Notes: generated by a model from the sequence alone, not told the origin. Counted from the first letter of the stretch, positions 49,049 to 60,693 are shown. The stretch is 64,000 bases of DNA from Roseobacter sp. (GCF_039970775.1 NZ_JBDVLG010000056.1:472-64471), one strand, 5' to 3'. Program-made: numbers and translations.

Positions 49049-50704
49049 TCAGCGCGCGAACTTCTTATGCTTCAAGCGTTTCGGCTCTAGGGCATCGGCG
49101 CCAAGACGGCGTTTTTTGTCGTCTTCGTAGTCCTCAAAGTTGCCTTCGAACCATTCCACGTGGGCTTCGCCTTCGAATGCCAGAATGTGGGTGCAAATCC
49201 GATCCAAAAAGAACCGGTCGTGCGAAATAACCACCGCGCAGCCGGCGAAATCGACCAACGCATCCTCTAGGGCGCGCAACGTTTCGACATCCAAATCGTT
49301 GGTCGGCTCATCGAGCAACAGCACGTTCCCGCCCTCTTTCAACAGCCGCGCCATGTGCACGCGGTTGCGTTCCCCGCCCGACAACAGCCCGACTTTCTTT
49401 TGCTGATCGCCGCCCTTGAAGTTAAAGGACGAACAATAAGCCCGAGAGTTCACCTCGGCATCACCCAGTTGGATCAACTCGGCCCCGCCCGAAATCGCCT
49501 GCCAGACGTTTTCGTCTGCGGCCAGATCATCGCGGCTTTGATCCACGTAAGACAAATCAACCGTATCGCCATATTCAATGGTGCCCGCGTCCGGCTCCAA
49601 TTGCCCCGTCAGCATCTTGAACAACGTGGATTTACCCGCGCCGTTGGGCCCGATCACACCAACAATCCCCCCCGGTGGCAGCGAAAAGTCCAGCCCCTCG
49701 ACCAGCTGTTTGTCACCCATATGTTTGGCCAGCCCAGTGACCTCGATCACCTTGTTGCCCAGACGCGGCCCATTGGGGATAACGATCTGCGCCCGCGAGA
49801 GTTTTTCGCGCTCTGATACGTCGGCCATTTCATTGTAGGCGTTGATCCGCGCCTTGGATTTCGCTTGCCGTGCTTTGGCGCCTTGGCGCATCCAGTCCAG
49901 CTCGCGCTCCAGTGTTTTCTGACGGGATTTATCCTCGCGGGCCTCTTGGCTCAGACGTTTGGCTTTCTGTTCCAGCCAGTCAGAATAGTTGCCCTCGTTC
50001 GGGATGCCCTTGCCCCGGTCCAGCTCCAGGATCCAGGTGGTGATATCATCCAGGAAATACCGGTCGTGTGTGACGATCAGAATGGTGCCCTTGTAGGCGA
50101 TCAGGTGGTTTTGCAGCCACGCGATGGTTTCGGCATCAAGGTGGTTGGTCGGTTCATCGAGCAACAGCATATCAGGCGCTTCGAGCAACAGTTTGCACAG
50201 GGCAACGCGGCGCGCTTCCCCACCCGACAGGTTGGCGATCTCGGCGTCATCTGGGGGGCAGCGCAGCGCTTCTAGGCTGACGTCGATCTGGCTGTCCAGA
50301 TCCCACAGGTTTTCCGCATCGATCTGGTCTTGCAACTGGGCCATTTCGTCGGCGGTTTCATCCGAATAATTCATCGCCAATTCGTTGTACCGATCAAGGA
50401 TCGCCTTTTTATCGGCTACCGCCAGCATCACGTTTTCACGCACTGACAGACTTTCATCCAGCTTGGGCTCTTGTGGCAGGTACCCCACGGTTGCGCCTTC
50501 GGCGTGCCATGCCTCGCCCTGAAAGTCTTTATCAATCCCTGCCATGATCTTCATCAGCGTGGATTTACCCGCGCCGTTCACCCCAACGACGCCGATTTTA
50601 ACACCGGGGAGAAAATTCAAGTGGATGTTTTCAAAACATTTCTTGCCACCGGGGTAGGTCTTGGAAACACCAGACATATGATAGACGTATTGATAGGCGG
50701 CCAT
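49049..50704 (-). CDS. ettA: Energy-dependent translational throttle protein (ABC-F)
   Basis: GVNGAGKST, LSGGEARR, DEPTNHLD, second NBD GPNGAGKST and LSGGERNR; true start MAAYQY at 50704. Confidence 0.95.
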   Translation of the reverse strand: MAAYQYVYHMSGVSKTYPGGKKCFENIHLNFLPGVKIGVVGVNGAGKSTLMKIMAGIDKDFQGEAWHAEGATVGYLPQEPKLDESLSVRENVMLAVADKKAILDRYNELAMNYSDETADEMAQLQDQIDAENLWDLDSQIDVSLEALRCPPDDAEIANLSGGEARRVALCKLLLEAPDMLLLDEPTNHLDAETIAWLQNHLIAYKGTILIVTHDRYFLDDITTWILELDRGKGIPNEGNYSDWLEQKAKRLSQEAREDKSRQKTLERELDWMRQGAKARQAKSKARINAYNEMADVSEREKLSRAQIVIPNGPRLGNKVIEVTGLAKHMGDKQLVEGLDFSLPPGGIVGVIGPNGAGKSTLFKMLTGQLEPDAGTIEYGDTVDLSYVDQSRDDLAADENVWQAISGGAELIQLGDAEVNSRAYCSSFNFKGGDQQKKVGLLSGGERNRVHMARLLKEGGNVLLLDEPTNDLDVETLRALEDALVDFAGCAVVISHDRFFLDRICTHILAFEGEAHVEWFEGNFEDYEDDKKRRLGADALEPKRLKHKKFAR

Positions 50705-50873
50705 GGGATGCTCCTGTCGCGTGGGATGAGGTTTGCCCCCTGATACCGGGCCACGCGCGGGGGCACAATGCGTGATCCGGGCCGCAGGCGGACACCGCAC
50801 GCATGACCCGCCCATTGACAAGCGCCGCGCGGGGATCTTGAAGAGAACAGCAATAGCCAAAGGGCGATCAGAT

Positions 50874-51515
50874 ATGCGGCAAGGTTTTCCCATCGCGCGC
50901 ACCGGCGAGGTTATCGGCCTTTTGGGCGGGTCCTTTGACCCCGCGCACGTCGGCCACGCCCATATCACGCGCGAAGCCCTTAAACGGTTCGGGCTGACAC
51001 GGGTGTGGTGGTTGGTCAGTCCCGGCAACCCCTTGAAATCACACGGTCCGGCACCGTTGGGCGCGCGTTTGGCACAGGCGCGCTGGGTCATCGACCACCC
51101 CCGCGTTAACATCACTGACATTGAGGCAAAATTGGGCACACGGTATACGGCGCAGACGTTGGTGCGGTTGCGCGCATACTATCCCGGTGTGCGGTTTGTC
51201 TGGTTGATGGGGGCCGATAATCTGGCGCAGCTGCATCATTGGCGCAATTGGCGGCAGATCATGCGGTCCGTACCGGTTGGCGTTTTGGCCCGCCCCGGCG
51301 ACCGGATGGCCGCCCGGACGAGCCCCGCCGCCCGGCTTTTTGCCCCGTCGCGGTTGGCGGGTCGCGCGTCGCAGCTGTTGGGCCATGCGCAGGCCCCTGC
51401 GTGGTGTTTTGTGAACGTTCCAATGGTCGCGCAATCGTCTACGGCAATCCGCGCAACGGGCGGCTGGACGGGCCAAGACACGCCACCTCACGGAATTTTA
51501 AACACTGTAGGGTAG
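50874..51515 (+). CDS. nadD: Nicotinate-nucleotide adenylyltransferase
   Basis: [26 protein letters not shown] and SSTAIR; start 50874. Confidence 0.93.
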   Translation: MRQGFPIARTGEVIGLLGGSFDPAHVGHAHITREALKRFGLTRVWWLVSPGNPLKSHGPAPLGARLAQARWVIDHPRVNITDIEAKLGTRYTAQTLVRLRAYYPGVRFVWLMGADNLAQLHHWRNWRQIMRSVPVGVLARPGDRMAARTSPAARLFAPSRLAGRASQLLGHAQAPAWCFVNVPMVAQSSTAIRATGGWTGQDTPPHGILNTVG

Positions 51516-51558
51516 GCAATCGGTTGTCTCAGGCCCCCCGCTAAGGTTTAGTTGCACC

Positions 51559-53052
51559 ATGAACATCCGATCCCTACCCCGACGCGCGTTTTTGTCAGGC
51601 GCACTCGCCTGCACGGCCCTGCCCGCAGTGGCGCAGGCCCCGACGGTATCTTTACGGCCCCGTTTGCGGGATCTACGCCGTGCCAATTCATCCGGCCTTG
51701 ATGCGTTGTTAAGCAAATCAGGGGTCACCGGTCAGGTCGTGTTTGCCGTCGCAGACGCAGACACCGGCGATGTGCTCGAAGGGCGGCTAACGCAGGTCGG
51801 GCTAGCCCCTGCCAGCGTCGCCAAAGCCATAACAGCCGTCTATGCCCAAGACACTTTGGGCGCAGAGCACCGGTTTTCGACAACGGTGACCGCCGCCGGC
51901 ACCATATCAAATGGCATCCTAGACGGAGATCTTATTCTGGTGGGCGGCTGTGATCCAACGCTTGATACCCGTGGGCTGGCCGATTTGGCCACACAGCTCA
52001 AAGCGTCCGGCCTGCGCGAAGTTCGTGGCCGATTTATCGTGTATGAAAACGCCCTGCGCCCGTTGCCGTCTATCGACCCCGGACAACCCGACCACGTAGG
52101 CTATAACCCTGCGGTGTCGGGCATTGCCCTCAACTACAACCGCGTACATTTTGAATGGCGGCGCAATGCCGGGAAATACGCGCTCACGATGGACGCGCGC
52201 ACTGCGGGGTACCGCCCCGATGTGACCATGGCGCAGATGGAAGTCGTGGACCGATCCGTGCCAATTTTCACCTACGAAGACATCGCAGGCCATGATCAAT
52301 GGACCGTCGCCAAAGGTGCTTTGGGCAAAGAAGGCGCGCGCTGGCTGCCTGTGCGGCGGCCCGGGCTTTACGCCGGGGATGTGTTCGCGACCTTAGCGCG
52401 GTCCCACGGGATCGTGCTGGCCCGTCCCGAATTGACAGCCACGGTGCCCCAGACAGGCCTGACCACATTGGCCCACATACAAAGCCCGCCTTTGCGCGAC
52501 ATCCTGCGCGGCATGTTAAAGTTCTCCAACAACCTAACCGCCGAAATGGTTGGGCTGGCAGCCACGCGCGCCCGCACCGGGCGGGCACATACATTGGCAG
52601 GGTCCGCGCGGCAGATGAACCTGTGGGCGATAGAAAAATTAGGGATGCAAAAGCCCGCTTTTGTTGATCATTCGGGTCTGGGGGCGGCCAGCCGCATCAC
52701 CCCGCAAGACATGGTGCGCGGGCTCGCAGCGGCACGGCGCAATGCAACGTTGCGCCCGATTTTAAAACCCGTCACCTTGCGCGATGCCAAAGGGCGGCCG
52801 CTCAAAAACCACCCCATCAAGGTCGATGCCAAGACAGGGACCCTAAATTTTGTATCGGGTTTGGCGGGGTACATTACCGCCCCCAACGGCCGCGAGATGG
52901 TCTTTGCAATCTTTTGCGCCAACGAAGACATCCGCGCCACGATCACCCGCGCCAACCGTGAACGCCCCAAAGGCGCACGACCTTGGGCCAACCGCGCGCG
53001 GCGTTTACAGCGCGACTTGCTCGAGCGATGGGGCAATCAGTTCTCAGCCTAA
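51559..53052 (+). CDS. dacB: D-alanyl-D-alanine carboxypeptidase/endopeptidase (PBP4, Tat-exported)
   Basis: Tat motif RRAFL; catalytic SxxK (PASVAK), SxN (FSNN) and KTG. Confidence 0.92.
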   Translation: MNIRSLPRRAFLSGALACTALPAVAQAPTVSLRPRLRDLRRANSSGLDALLSKSGVTGQVVFAVADADTGDVLEGRLTQVGLAPASVAKAITAVYAQDTLGAEHRFSTTVTAAGTISNGILDGDLILVGGCDPTLDTRGLADLATQLKASGLREVRGRFIVYENALRPLPSIDPGQPDHVGYNPAVSGIALNYNRVHFEWRRNAGKYALTMDARTAGYRPDVTMAQMEVVDRSVPIFTYEDIAGHDQWTVAKGALGKEGARWLPVRRPGLYAGDVFATLARSHGIVLARPELTATVPQTGLTTLAHIQSPPLRDILRGMLKFSNNLTAEMVGLAATRARTGRAHTLAGSARQMNLWAIEKLGMQKPAFVDHSGLGAASRITPQDMVRGLAAARRNATLRPILKPVTLRDAKGRPLKNHPIKVDAKTGTLNFVSGLAGYITAPNGREMVFAIFCANEDIRATITRANRERPKGARPWANRARRLQRDLLERWGNQFSA

Positions 53053-53180
53053 CGGCATGCAGCGCCCATTAAAAAAAGCGCCGCATGTCGCGGCCCGTTA
53101 TTTTGACCGGCTCAGTCGGGGTGCCGCCATTTACCCAATGCGCGATGGTCCCGCCCGAAACCGACAGTTCCACACCGCGA

Positions 53181-53603
53181 TCAGGTCAAATGCCGCGCGC
53201 GTGCGCCACGTTCGATGGCGGCGGCATGCAACCGATCCAGATCAAGCTCATACCGAATCTCTTCGAGCAACCGAAGCTCTGCTTCGTCCAGCGTACCATC
53301 CGCCGCGGCGACATCGCACGCCAACGCATACCCGGTTTCAAACAACCGCTCTGGTAGACCTTCGCGGATAAGACCAAACAAGGCATCCAACCCGTCTTCT
53401 TGTTCGAACAAATCAAATACGGTTTGGCTGACAATCTTCATACGGTCTTGATCGTATTCAGAAAAAATCGGCAGCAACTGTACGGCCGTCTGGATTTTCA
53501 CCAGTTCGGCCGTGCGAATGTCTTCATCCGACGCAGAAACCGCCATCATCAGGGCCACGAGGCAGTCTTGGGGCGAAAAGGAATGGGGCGCGTCATCTTG
53601 CAC
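53181..53603 (-). CDS. TerB-family (tellurite resistance-like) protein
   Basis: ALMMAVSASD, ETGYALACDVAAADG and LLEEIRYEL; GTG start at 53603. Confidence 0.78.
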   Translation of the reverse strand: MQDDAPHSFSPQDCLVALMMAVSASDEDIRTAELVKIQTAVQLLPIFSEYDQDRMKIVSQTVFDLFEQEDGLDALFGLIREGLPERLFETGYALACDVAAADGTLDEAELRLLEEIRYELDLDRLHAAAIERGARARHLT

Positions 53604-53718
53604 GGGGCAGGCTCTTTCATATTTGGTCTGGGCGTCCAGATTATTGACGCCAATGCTGCAACGCAATAGGGACAGGCGCAACCGGCGTATGGGCGCCAGG
53701 ATTATATTTAGGTGAGTT

Positions 53719-55302
53719 ATGTCTCAGATACGCGACGCCGCAATGACAAGCAAAGCATGGCCCTTTGAAGAGGCGCGCCGTATCCTCAAACGCTACGCCA
53801 AAACACCGCCCGAAAAGGGGTATGTGTTGTTCGAAACCGGCTATGGCCCCAGCGGCCTGCCCCATATCGGCACCTTCGGTGAGGTCTTGCGCACCACGAT
53901 GGTGCGGCGTGCGTTCGAACAAATCTCGGATATTCCAACACGTTTGGTGTGTTTTTCGGATGATCTGGACGGGATGCGCAAGATTCCGGGCAATGTGCCG
54001 CAGCAAGACATGCTGGCCGAACATATGCACAAACCACTGACAAGCGTGCCTGACCCCTTCGGCACCCATGACAGCTTTGGCGACCATAACAACGCGATGC
54101 TGCGACGGTTCCTCGATACCTTTGGGTTCGACTATGATTTTTATTCGGCCCGCGAATTTTACAAATCCGGCCAGTTCGATGACGTGCTGCGCCGCGCTGC
54201 GGAACGCTATGACCAAGTGATGAAAGTCATGTTAAAAAGTCTGCGCGAAGAGCGTCAGCAGACCTATTCGATTTTTTTGCCGATCCACCCTGAAACCGGG
54301 CGTGTTTTATACGTGCCCATGAAACATGTGGATGGGGTTAACCACACGGTGACGTTTGACGACCCCGACGGCCGCGAATGGACATTGCCGGTGACGGGCG
54401 GCAACGTGAAACTACAGTGGAAGCCCGATTTTGGCGCCCGCTGGGCTGCGTTGGACGTCGATTTTGAGATGTACGGCAAAGAGCATGCCACCAACACCGC
54501 GATTTACGACCGTATCTGCGAGATTTTGGGGGGCAAAAAGCCCGAACATTTCAGCTATGAGCTGTTTCTTGACGAAAGTGGGCAAAAAATCTCCAAGTCC
54601 TCGGGGAACGGGATTTCGATTGACCAATGGCTCAGCTACGCGAGCACGGAAAGTCTGTCGTATTTCATGTATCAAAAGCCCAAAACGGCCAAGCGGATGC
54701 ATTTTGACGTGATCCCCAAGGCGGTGGACGAATACCACCAACAACTGCGCGCCTATGCGACGCAGGATGTGGTTCAACGGTTAAACAATCCGGTGTGGCA
54801 CATTCATTCGGGCGATGTTCCGACGTCAAACATGGTCGTTCCTTTCTCAATGTTGCTGAACTTGGCAAGTGTGTCTACCGCCGAAGACAAATCGCATTTG
54901 TGGGGGTTCATCCAGCGCTATGCCCCTGAAACATCAGCAGAAAACAACCCCGATATGGATGCGGCAGCTGGGTTTGCCGTGCGATATTACAATGACTTTG
55001 TGAAACCCCACAAAGTCTATCGCGCGGCCAGTGATCTGGAACGCGAGGCCCTGACAGACCTGCGCACGCAGCTGGCCGCCTATGATGGCCCCGTGGACGA
55101 CGAAGCCTTGCAGTCCATTGTTTACGCCTGTGGTCGCGAACGGTTTGACCCGTTGCGCGCATGGTTCACAGCGCTTTACGAGGTCCTTTTAGGTGCCAGC
55201 CAAGGGCCACGGTTTGGCGGGTTTATCGCGCTTTACGGCGTGACCGAAACGGTGGCGTTGATTGATCAGGCGCTGGCTGGCGCGTTGACCTGCGAAGGCT
55301 AG
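53719..55302 (+). CDS. lysS: Lysine--tRNA ligase, class I
   Basis: [22 protein letters not shown] and KISKSSGNG. Confidence 0.96.
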   Translation: MSQIRDAAMTSKAWPFEEARRILKRYAKTPPEKGYVLFETGYGPSGLPHIGTFGEVLRTTMVRRAFEQISDIPTRLVCFSDDLDGMRKIPGNVPQQDMLAEHMHKPLTSVPDPFGTHDSFGDHNNAMLRRFLDTFGFDYDFYSAREFYKSGQFDDVLRRAAERYDQVMKVMLKSLREERQQTYSIFLPIHPETGRVLYVPMKHVDGVNHTVTFDDPDGREWTLPVTGGNVKLQWKPDFGARWAALDVDFEMYGKEHATNTAIYDRICEILGGKKPEHFSYELFLDESGQKISKSSGNGISIDQWLSYASTESLSYFMYQKPKTAKRMHFDVIPKAVDEYHQQLRAYATQDVVQRLNNPVWHIHSGDVPTSNMVVPFSMLLNLASVSTAEDKSHLWGFIQRYAPETSAENNPDMDAAAGFAVRYYNDFVKPHKVYRAASDLEREALTDLRTQLAAYDGPVDDEALQSIVYACGRERFDPLRAWFTALYEVLLGASQGPRFGGFIALYGVTETVALIDQALAGALTCEG

Positions 55303-55364
55303 TGCCTTGCCTTAGGCCCGGCGCGCCTTACCCTTTTGCTAGGTGGCAACAAGGGGGTGGCGCT

Positions 55365-55766
55365 ATGCGTAAGGTATTCATCGGGCTAATTCTGGCGCTG
55401 GGGCTGGCGACAGCCCTGCCCGCCCAACAGGCGGATATTCAGGCGACAATCACGCGCCAGTTCGACGCGTTTCGGGCTGATGATTTTGACACCGCGTTTG
55501 AATTCGCCAGCCCCAACATTCAACGATTAATGCGAGACCCGCAAACCTTCGAGCGGATGGTGACGCAGGGCTACCCTATGGTCTGGCGCTCCGGCCAGAT
55601 CCACTTTCTGGGCCTGCGCCAACAGGGCGAAACCTATACACAACGGGTGCAGATTACCGACCAGACAGGCCAGGTACACCTGTTAGACTATCACATGATC
55701 TCCACGGATGCGGGCTGGCGTATCAACGGGGTCCAGATCCTTGAAAGCGGGCCCTTAGGGGTCTGA
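55365..55766 (+). CDS. DUF4864-type secreted protein
   Basis: Signal peptide, QFDAFRADD..AFEFASP, MVTQGYPMVW and WRINGV. Confidence 0.8.
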   Translation: MRKVFIGLILALGLATALPAQQADIQATITRQFDAFRADDFDTAFEFASPNIQRLMRDPQTFERMVTQGYPMVWRSGQIHFLGLRQQGETYTQRVQITDQTGQVHLLDYHMISTDAGWRINGVQILESGPLGV

Positions 55767-55858
55767 CCCGTCCGGCACCGTCACGGTGGTCAAGGGCTGC
55801 ATTAACCCTTGCGCAGTACATCTGCCATTCCCGCGATTGGCGCGGCAAAGGGTAGAGA

Positions 55859-57613
55859 ATGAACAAGGCGATCACCGATGGGGCAGCGCTCATGCCTCCT
55901 GCGTTTCACGAGGCGTTCGGGGCGTATTTTGTGGAGACCGGCGTGGGCACCCCCACAACCATCGACACATTGGGCACGTTGATCGCGGATGACCCCGATT
56001 TTGGCACATGTCTGGAATTGCACAGCCCCGAGCGCAACCTGCGCCTGCGCTATCAGGGTGAAACACCGCTACTGCCGGGGTGTTATTTGCGGATCTCGGC
56101 GCGGGTCAAGGCCACCGGCGGGCCGCTTACGTCGGTGCGCATTGCCGGATTCGCCGGCGGCGCCGGGGGCGTGGCGGTGAACCCCGCCCAATCGACAGGG
56201 CCCGCGGTGCGTCTAACTGCGTTGGATCAGGTCACCGAGGTTCATGCCATCGTCGGGCCCGGCACGCGGTTGGGCGTCGATATGGCGTGGGGCCCCGCCG
56301 CGTTATATGGGCAGTTCGGGTTGGACATCACGGGCCCAAAAGGCACCATTCTGCGCGTTGATCAGATCACCATCGAAGACGTCACCAACGTGTTTGCATC
56401 GCAGATGATATCGCAAATTGATGTGCGCGATTTTGGGGCCATCGGCGACGGTGAAACCGATGACAGCGCCGCCTTTGAAGCGGCCAATATTGCCGCAGGT
56501 GGGCGCATTATTTCGGTCCCACGCGGGCAGTATTATCTGGGCCGCGATATCGTTTTAACATCGCCTGCGCGGTTCGAAGGCCAGATCTGTATGCCCGAGG
56601 AGGCTGTGCTTTTACTAAGCCGTAACTTTGATCTTCCCAGTTATCACGATGCCTTTGGCACCCCGTCGCTTGCCCTGCGCAAGGGGCTGCAGGCGCTCAT
56701 GTTACCGGCAGCCCCCAATCGTCTGGACATGAAGGGGCAGACCGTCATGCTCAGTGCTCCGTTGGTGGTCGCGCCGCCACAAGGTGTGCAGGCCGCCAAG
56801 GTGCGCAAGACCCTTTGCAACGGTCGGATCACGGCCTTGGTCAGCCCCGATTGGATGTTCGAAGAACATACCCTGCAGGCCCATTGGAGCCCGGAAAACC
56901 CCAACCTCTTGACCGCGGCGGGCACCGCAGCACAGATCCCTGTGGGTGCTCGTGTCACCGGGGCTGGCGTGCGCACCGAAACCTATGTTTGTGCCAAAGA
57001 CCCCAAGGCACAGACCTTGACCCTCAACGGGCCGTTGGGCGGCGGCACGGGCTCTCGGGCATTAACCTGCACGCGGTTCCGATATCTGTTGGATTTCAGC
57101 GCCTTCGCAGACCTCAATGACGTCTGCCTGTCGAACATCGAGCTGTGCGGAGAGGGCGTGGCCAGCGGGGTCATGCTTGCGCCGCGCGGGTCCGGTTTTC
57201 GCATGAATGATTGCACAATCCGCGACATGCGCGACCGGGGGTTAACGTCCTGCGGCACCGGTTGTCACGCATTGGTTTTAGACCGCAGCAGCTTTTTCAG
57301 CCGTCGCCGGACATCCCTGCCGTATTTGGGGTTCAACGCCAACGCGGGCGGCCTGCAGATTGTGAACTGCCGATCAGACGGCGCCCATGCATTTGGACAT
57401 TTCGCGGGGGAAAGCATGTTGATGACCGGGTCTCGGGTCAATAACACCACCGGCGAGCCCCACCCCGGTCTGATCCTCGAGCATAGCACCGGCTTTTTGC
57501 TCACGGGCAATTGTTTTGACGCATGCAGTGTCGTCGCGGGCCCCGATCAGGAGGTCATAGAACCCGATGGGAACTTGTTTTCATTGCGCACCGCCCGCGC
57601 CGCGCCCCATTAA
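55859..57613 (+). CDS. Parallel beta-helix (pectate lyase 3 / GH28-related) protein, divergent
   Basis: IDVRDFGAIGDGETDDSAAF motif; N-terminus MNKAITDG..GETPLLPGCYLR typical of a conserved Rhodobacterales family. Confidence 0.75.
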   Translation: MNKAITDGAALMPPAFHEAFGAYFVETGVGTPTTIDTLGTLIADDPDFGTCLELHSPERNLRLRYQGETPLLPGCYLRISARVKATGGPLTSVRIAGFAGGAGGVAVNPAQSTGPAVRLTALDQVTEVHAIVGPGTRLGVDMAWGPAALYGQFGLDITGPKGTILRVDQITIEDVTNVFASQMISQIDVRDFGAIGDGETDDSAAFEAANIAAGGRIISVPRGQYYLGRDIVLTSPARFEGQICMPEEAVLLLSRNFDLPSYHDAFGTPSLALRKGLQALMLPAAPNRLDMKGQTVMLSAPLVVAPPQGVQAAKVRKTLCNGRITALVSPDWMFEEHTLQAHWSPENPNLLTAAGTAAQIPVGARVTGAGVRTETYVCAKDPKAQTLTLNGPLGGGTGSRALTCTRFRYLLDFSAFADLNDVCLSNIELCGEGVASGVMLAPRGSGFRMNDCTIRDMRDRGLTSCGTGCHALVLDRSSFFSRRRTSLPYLGFNANAGGLQIVNCRSDGAHAFGHFAGESMLMTGSRVNNTTGEPHPGLILEHSTGFLLTGNCFDACSVVAGPDQEVIEPDGNLFSLRTARAAPH

Positions 57614-57616
57614 CGG

Positions 57617-58285
57617 TCAAAAATCGCGCCAAAGCCCGAGTTTGAACTGCGTTTCGCCACCCCCCATAATCGGGAATTCCACGCCCAATTGCGCCGTGTA
57701 GGGCCCCTTGCCCGGTACCACCAACACCGAAGGCGCGAATTTTGCGAAGACCTCTCCGCCTTGGTGGGTCATGAAGACCTGCGCCATACCCTTGAAATGC
57801 TTAGTGAAACCCAAACCGACCGTTCCATCCAATTTGATGCGGGTGTCCAACGAGCTACCGGGGATATTCAGGCTGCTGTCGATCACCGCCCAGCCATAGC
57901 GTTCGCCGATTTGGATGCCGCGCCCCCAAGACACCCCCGCCTCGACCGCAGGTGCGAAAACCATGTTCTGCGACCGCGCACCCACCCCAAAATGCCACGC
58001 CCATTTGTGCGTGGCCTCTGGTGCGCTGATCGGGAACCGCAAGAAAACGATCGCCGACCCTGATTGTTGTAGCGTGCGGTCGATGCCATAAAAAACATCC
58101 GCACCCAGCGTGATGTTATCGCGCAGCCCGTATTCGAAATACCCCGAGCCCGACACGTCTTTTTCCGCCGTGATACTGCCAGAGGTCGCCACGAAGGCCT
58201 TGCCCTTTTCGCGCAGCCACGGCCCCGCCTGTGCGGCCTGAGCACATGCCAAAACGATACTCATGGCCAGTGTATGCACCCGCAT
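57617..58285 (-). CDS. Hypothetical exported protein, probable outer-membrane beta-barrel
   Basis: Signal peptide (AQAAQA), alternating hydrophobic strands, C-terminal Phe (LGLWRDF). Confidence 0.65.
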   Translation of the reverse strand: MRVHTLAMSIVLACAQAAQAGPWLREKGKAFVATSGSITAEKDVSGSGYFEYGLRDNITLGADVFYGIDRTLQQSGSAIVFLRFPISAPEATHKWAWHFGVGARSQNMVFAPAVEAGVSWGRGIQIGERYGWAVIDSSLNIPGSSLDTRIKLDGTVGLGFTKHFKGMAQVFMTHQGGEVFAKFAPSVLVVPGKGPYTAQLGVEFPIMGGGETQFKLGLWRDF

Positions 58286-58362
58286 GACAAAACTCTCCCG
58301 CGCCAGAATATGGTTAACGGGCCTTAATAAATCGTAAACCCACTCCGAATGGCGCGCCTGTG

Positions 58363-60567
58363 CTACCGCCCCTTTTTGCGTTTGACGCCACCGCGCATAC
58401 CGCCCCGCCCCATGGTGCTGCGGCCCGACGCCTTTTGCGCGTCATCCACCGCCTTTTCCACCGCGTATTGGCGCGCCATCGGATCATCCGCGATGGCCAA
58501 ATCGACCGCCTCCAGCCGCTTGACCTCATCGCGCAGTCGGGCGGCCTCTTCGAATTCGAGGTTCTCGGCAGCTTTGCGCATATCCGTGCGCAACCCATCC
58601 AGCACGGCTTGCATGTTGCCGCCCGCCATCTGTTTATCGATCTTAGCCGTGACGCGCGACTGGTCGGTGTCACCTTGATAAAGCCCCGAAAGAATATCCT
58701 CGACGTTTTTCTTGACCGTGGCGGGTGTGATCCCGTGTTCTTTATTGTAGGCGATCTGCTTGGCGCGGCGACGGTCGGTTTCGGCAAGCGCACGTTCCAT
58801 CGATCCGGTGATGCGATCTGCGTACATAATCACGCGGCCTTCGGCGTTGCGCGCGGCCCGGCCAATAGTCTGCACCAATGACGTTTCTGACCGCAAAAAC
58901 CCTTCTTTGTCCGCATCCAAAATCGCCACCAACCCACATTCAGGAATATCGAGCCCCTCGCGCAACAGGTTGATCCCGATCAGCACGTCAAACGCCCCCA
59001 ACCGTAGATCCCGCAGGATCTCGATCCGTTCGATCGTGTCGATATCCGAATGCATGTACCGCACACGGATGCCCTGTTCGTGCATATATTCCGTCAGGTC
59101 TTCGGCCATGCGTTTGGTCAGCGTGGTGCACAGCGTGCGGTAGCCGTCGGCGGCAACCTTGCGCACCTCGTCGAGCAAATCATCAACCTGCATATCGACG
59201 GGTCGGATCTCAATCATAGGGTCCAAAAGGCCCGTCGGGCGGATCACCTGTTCGGTGAACACGCCGCCTGTTTGTTCGATCTCCCAGTTTGCGGGGGTGG
59301 CCGATACAAACACCGATTGCGGGCGCATCGCGTCCCATTCCTCGAATTTGAGCGGGCGGTTGTCCATGCATGATGGCAACCGAAACCCATGTTCGGCCAA
59401 CGTAAATTTACGCCGGTAGTCGCCCTTGTACATGCCGCCGATCTGCGGAACAGACACGTGGCTTTCATCGGCAAAAACGATGGCGTTGTCGGGGATAAAT
59501 TCGAACAACGTGGGGGGTGGCTCGCCCGGCGCACGGCCTGTCAAGTACCGCGAATAGTTCTCGATGCCGTTGCAAACGCCCGTCGCCTCTAGCATTTCCA
59601 AATCGAAATTGGTGCGTTGTTCAAGCCGCTGCGCCTCGAGCAACTTGCCATCAGCCACCAATTGGTCGAGCCGGATTTTGAGCTCCTTTTTGATCCCAAT
59701 CACGGCCTGCTGCATCGTGGGTTTGGGCGTGACATAGTGGCTGTTGGCATAAACGCGAATTTGGTCGAAATTGTCGGTTTTTTCACCGGTCAGCGGGTCA
59801 AATTCGGTGATAGATTCCAGGTCTTCGCCGAAAAAAGACAAGCGCCACGCGCGATCTTCGAGGTGTGCGGGGAAGATTTCAAGGCTATCCCCGCGTACTC
59901 GGAACGACCCGCGCTGAAACGCCTGATCATTGCGCCGGTACTGTTGCGCCACCAAATCTGCCATGACTTGGCGCTGGTCGTAGACCGACCCAACCTTCAA
60001 ATCCTGGGTCATCGCGCCGTATGTTTCCACCGACCCGATGCCATAGATGCACGACACCGACGCCACGATGATCACATCGTCACGTTCCAACAGCGCCCGC
60101 GTCGCCGAGTGGCGCATACGGTCGATCTGCTCGTTGATCTGGCTCTCTTTTTCGATGTAGGTATCCGACCGCGCGACATAGGCTTCGGGTTGGTAGTAGT
60201 CGTAATAGCTGACGAAATATTCGACCGCGTTGTCGGGAAAGAACCCTTTGAATTCACCGTAAAGCTGCGCCGCCAGTGTCTTGTTTGGCGCCAGAATAAT
60301 CGCCGGGCGTTGGGTCTGTTCAATCACCTTGGCCATGGTGAAGGTCTTACCTGTCCCCGTCGCGCCCAGCAAAACCTGATCTTGGTCGCCATTCAGAACC
60401 CCCGCGCTGATCTCTTTGATCGCGGTGGGTTGGTCGCCTGCGGGTTCGAATTCGGTGACCAATTCAAATGCTTTGCCACCCTCCAGTTTCGGCCGCGCCC
60501 GCACATCGGGTGCAGGGTTGGCCATAACGGCAGGGACTTGCGAAGAATCAGTTTGGGCGTACGGCAT
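58363..60567 (-). CDS. uvrB: Excinuclease ABC subunit B
   Basis: [31 protein letters not shown] and QTIGRAARN; start MPYAQ at 60567. Confidence 0.97.
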   Translation of the reverse strand: MPYAQTDSSQVPAVMANPAPDVRARPKLEGGKAFELVTEFEPAGDQPTAIKEISAGVLNGDQDQVLLGATGTGKTFTMAKVIEQTQRPAIILAPNKTLAAQLYGEFKGFFPDNAVEYFVSYYDYYQPEAYVARSDTYIEKESQINEQIDRMRHSATRALLERDDVIIVASVSCIYGIGSVETYGAMTQDLKVGSVYDQRQVMADLVAQQYRRNDQAFQRGSFRVRGDSLEIFPAHLEDRAWRLSFFGEDLESITEFDPLTGEKTDNFDQIRVYANSHYVTPKPTMQQAVIGIKKELKIRLDQLVADGKLLEAQRLEQRTNFDLEMLEATGVCNGIENYSRYLTGRAPGEPPPTLFEFIPDNAIVFADESHVSVPQIGGMYKGDYRRKFTLAEHGFRLPSCMDNRPLKFEEWDAMRPQSVFVSATPANWEIEQTGGVFTEQVIRPTGLLDPMIEIRPVDMQVDDLLDEVRKVAADGYRTLCTTLTKRMAEDLTEYMHEQGIRVRYMHSDIDTIERIEILRDLRLGAFDVLIGINLLREGLDIPECGLVAILDADKEGFLRSETSLVQTIGRAARNAEGRVIMYADRITGSMERALAETDRRRAKQIAYNKEHGITPATVKKNVEDILSGLYQGDTDQSRVTAKIDKQMAGGNMQAVLDGLRTDMRKAAENLEFEEAARLRDEVKRLEAVDLAIADDPMARQYAVEKAVDDAQKASGRSTMGRGGMRGGVKRKKGR

Positions 60568-60693
60568 GATGGCTCCTTGGCGTCCCCACCAAAGTGTCAT
60601 GAATACGTCTGGGTTCAAGGGGGCGCAGGGGCATGTTGCCAGAAACTGTCCGGGTTTCCGGGCCAAGACGCGCCATTCAACACGGTGAGGCTG

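Noticed and set aside
49049-51139. ORF-track N-terminal extensions (ettA to 51139, uvrB to 60666, otnK to 7106, permease to 31340, hydrolase to 35841, LysR from 45753)
   Set aside because: The extensions are non-conserved and mostly overlap neighbouring genes or promoters. I used downstream starts with RBS or coupling.
58314-58327. CtrA box upstream of the barrel gene
   Set aside because: The spacing is TTAA-N6-TTAA, not N7.
60568-60693. LexA (SOS) box for uvrB
   Set aside because: No GTTC-N7-GTTC or GAAC-N7-GAAC was found.
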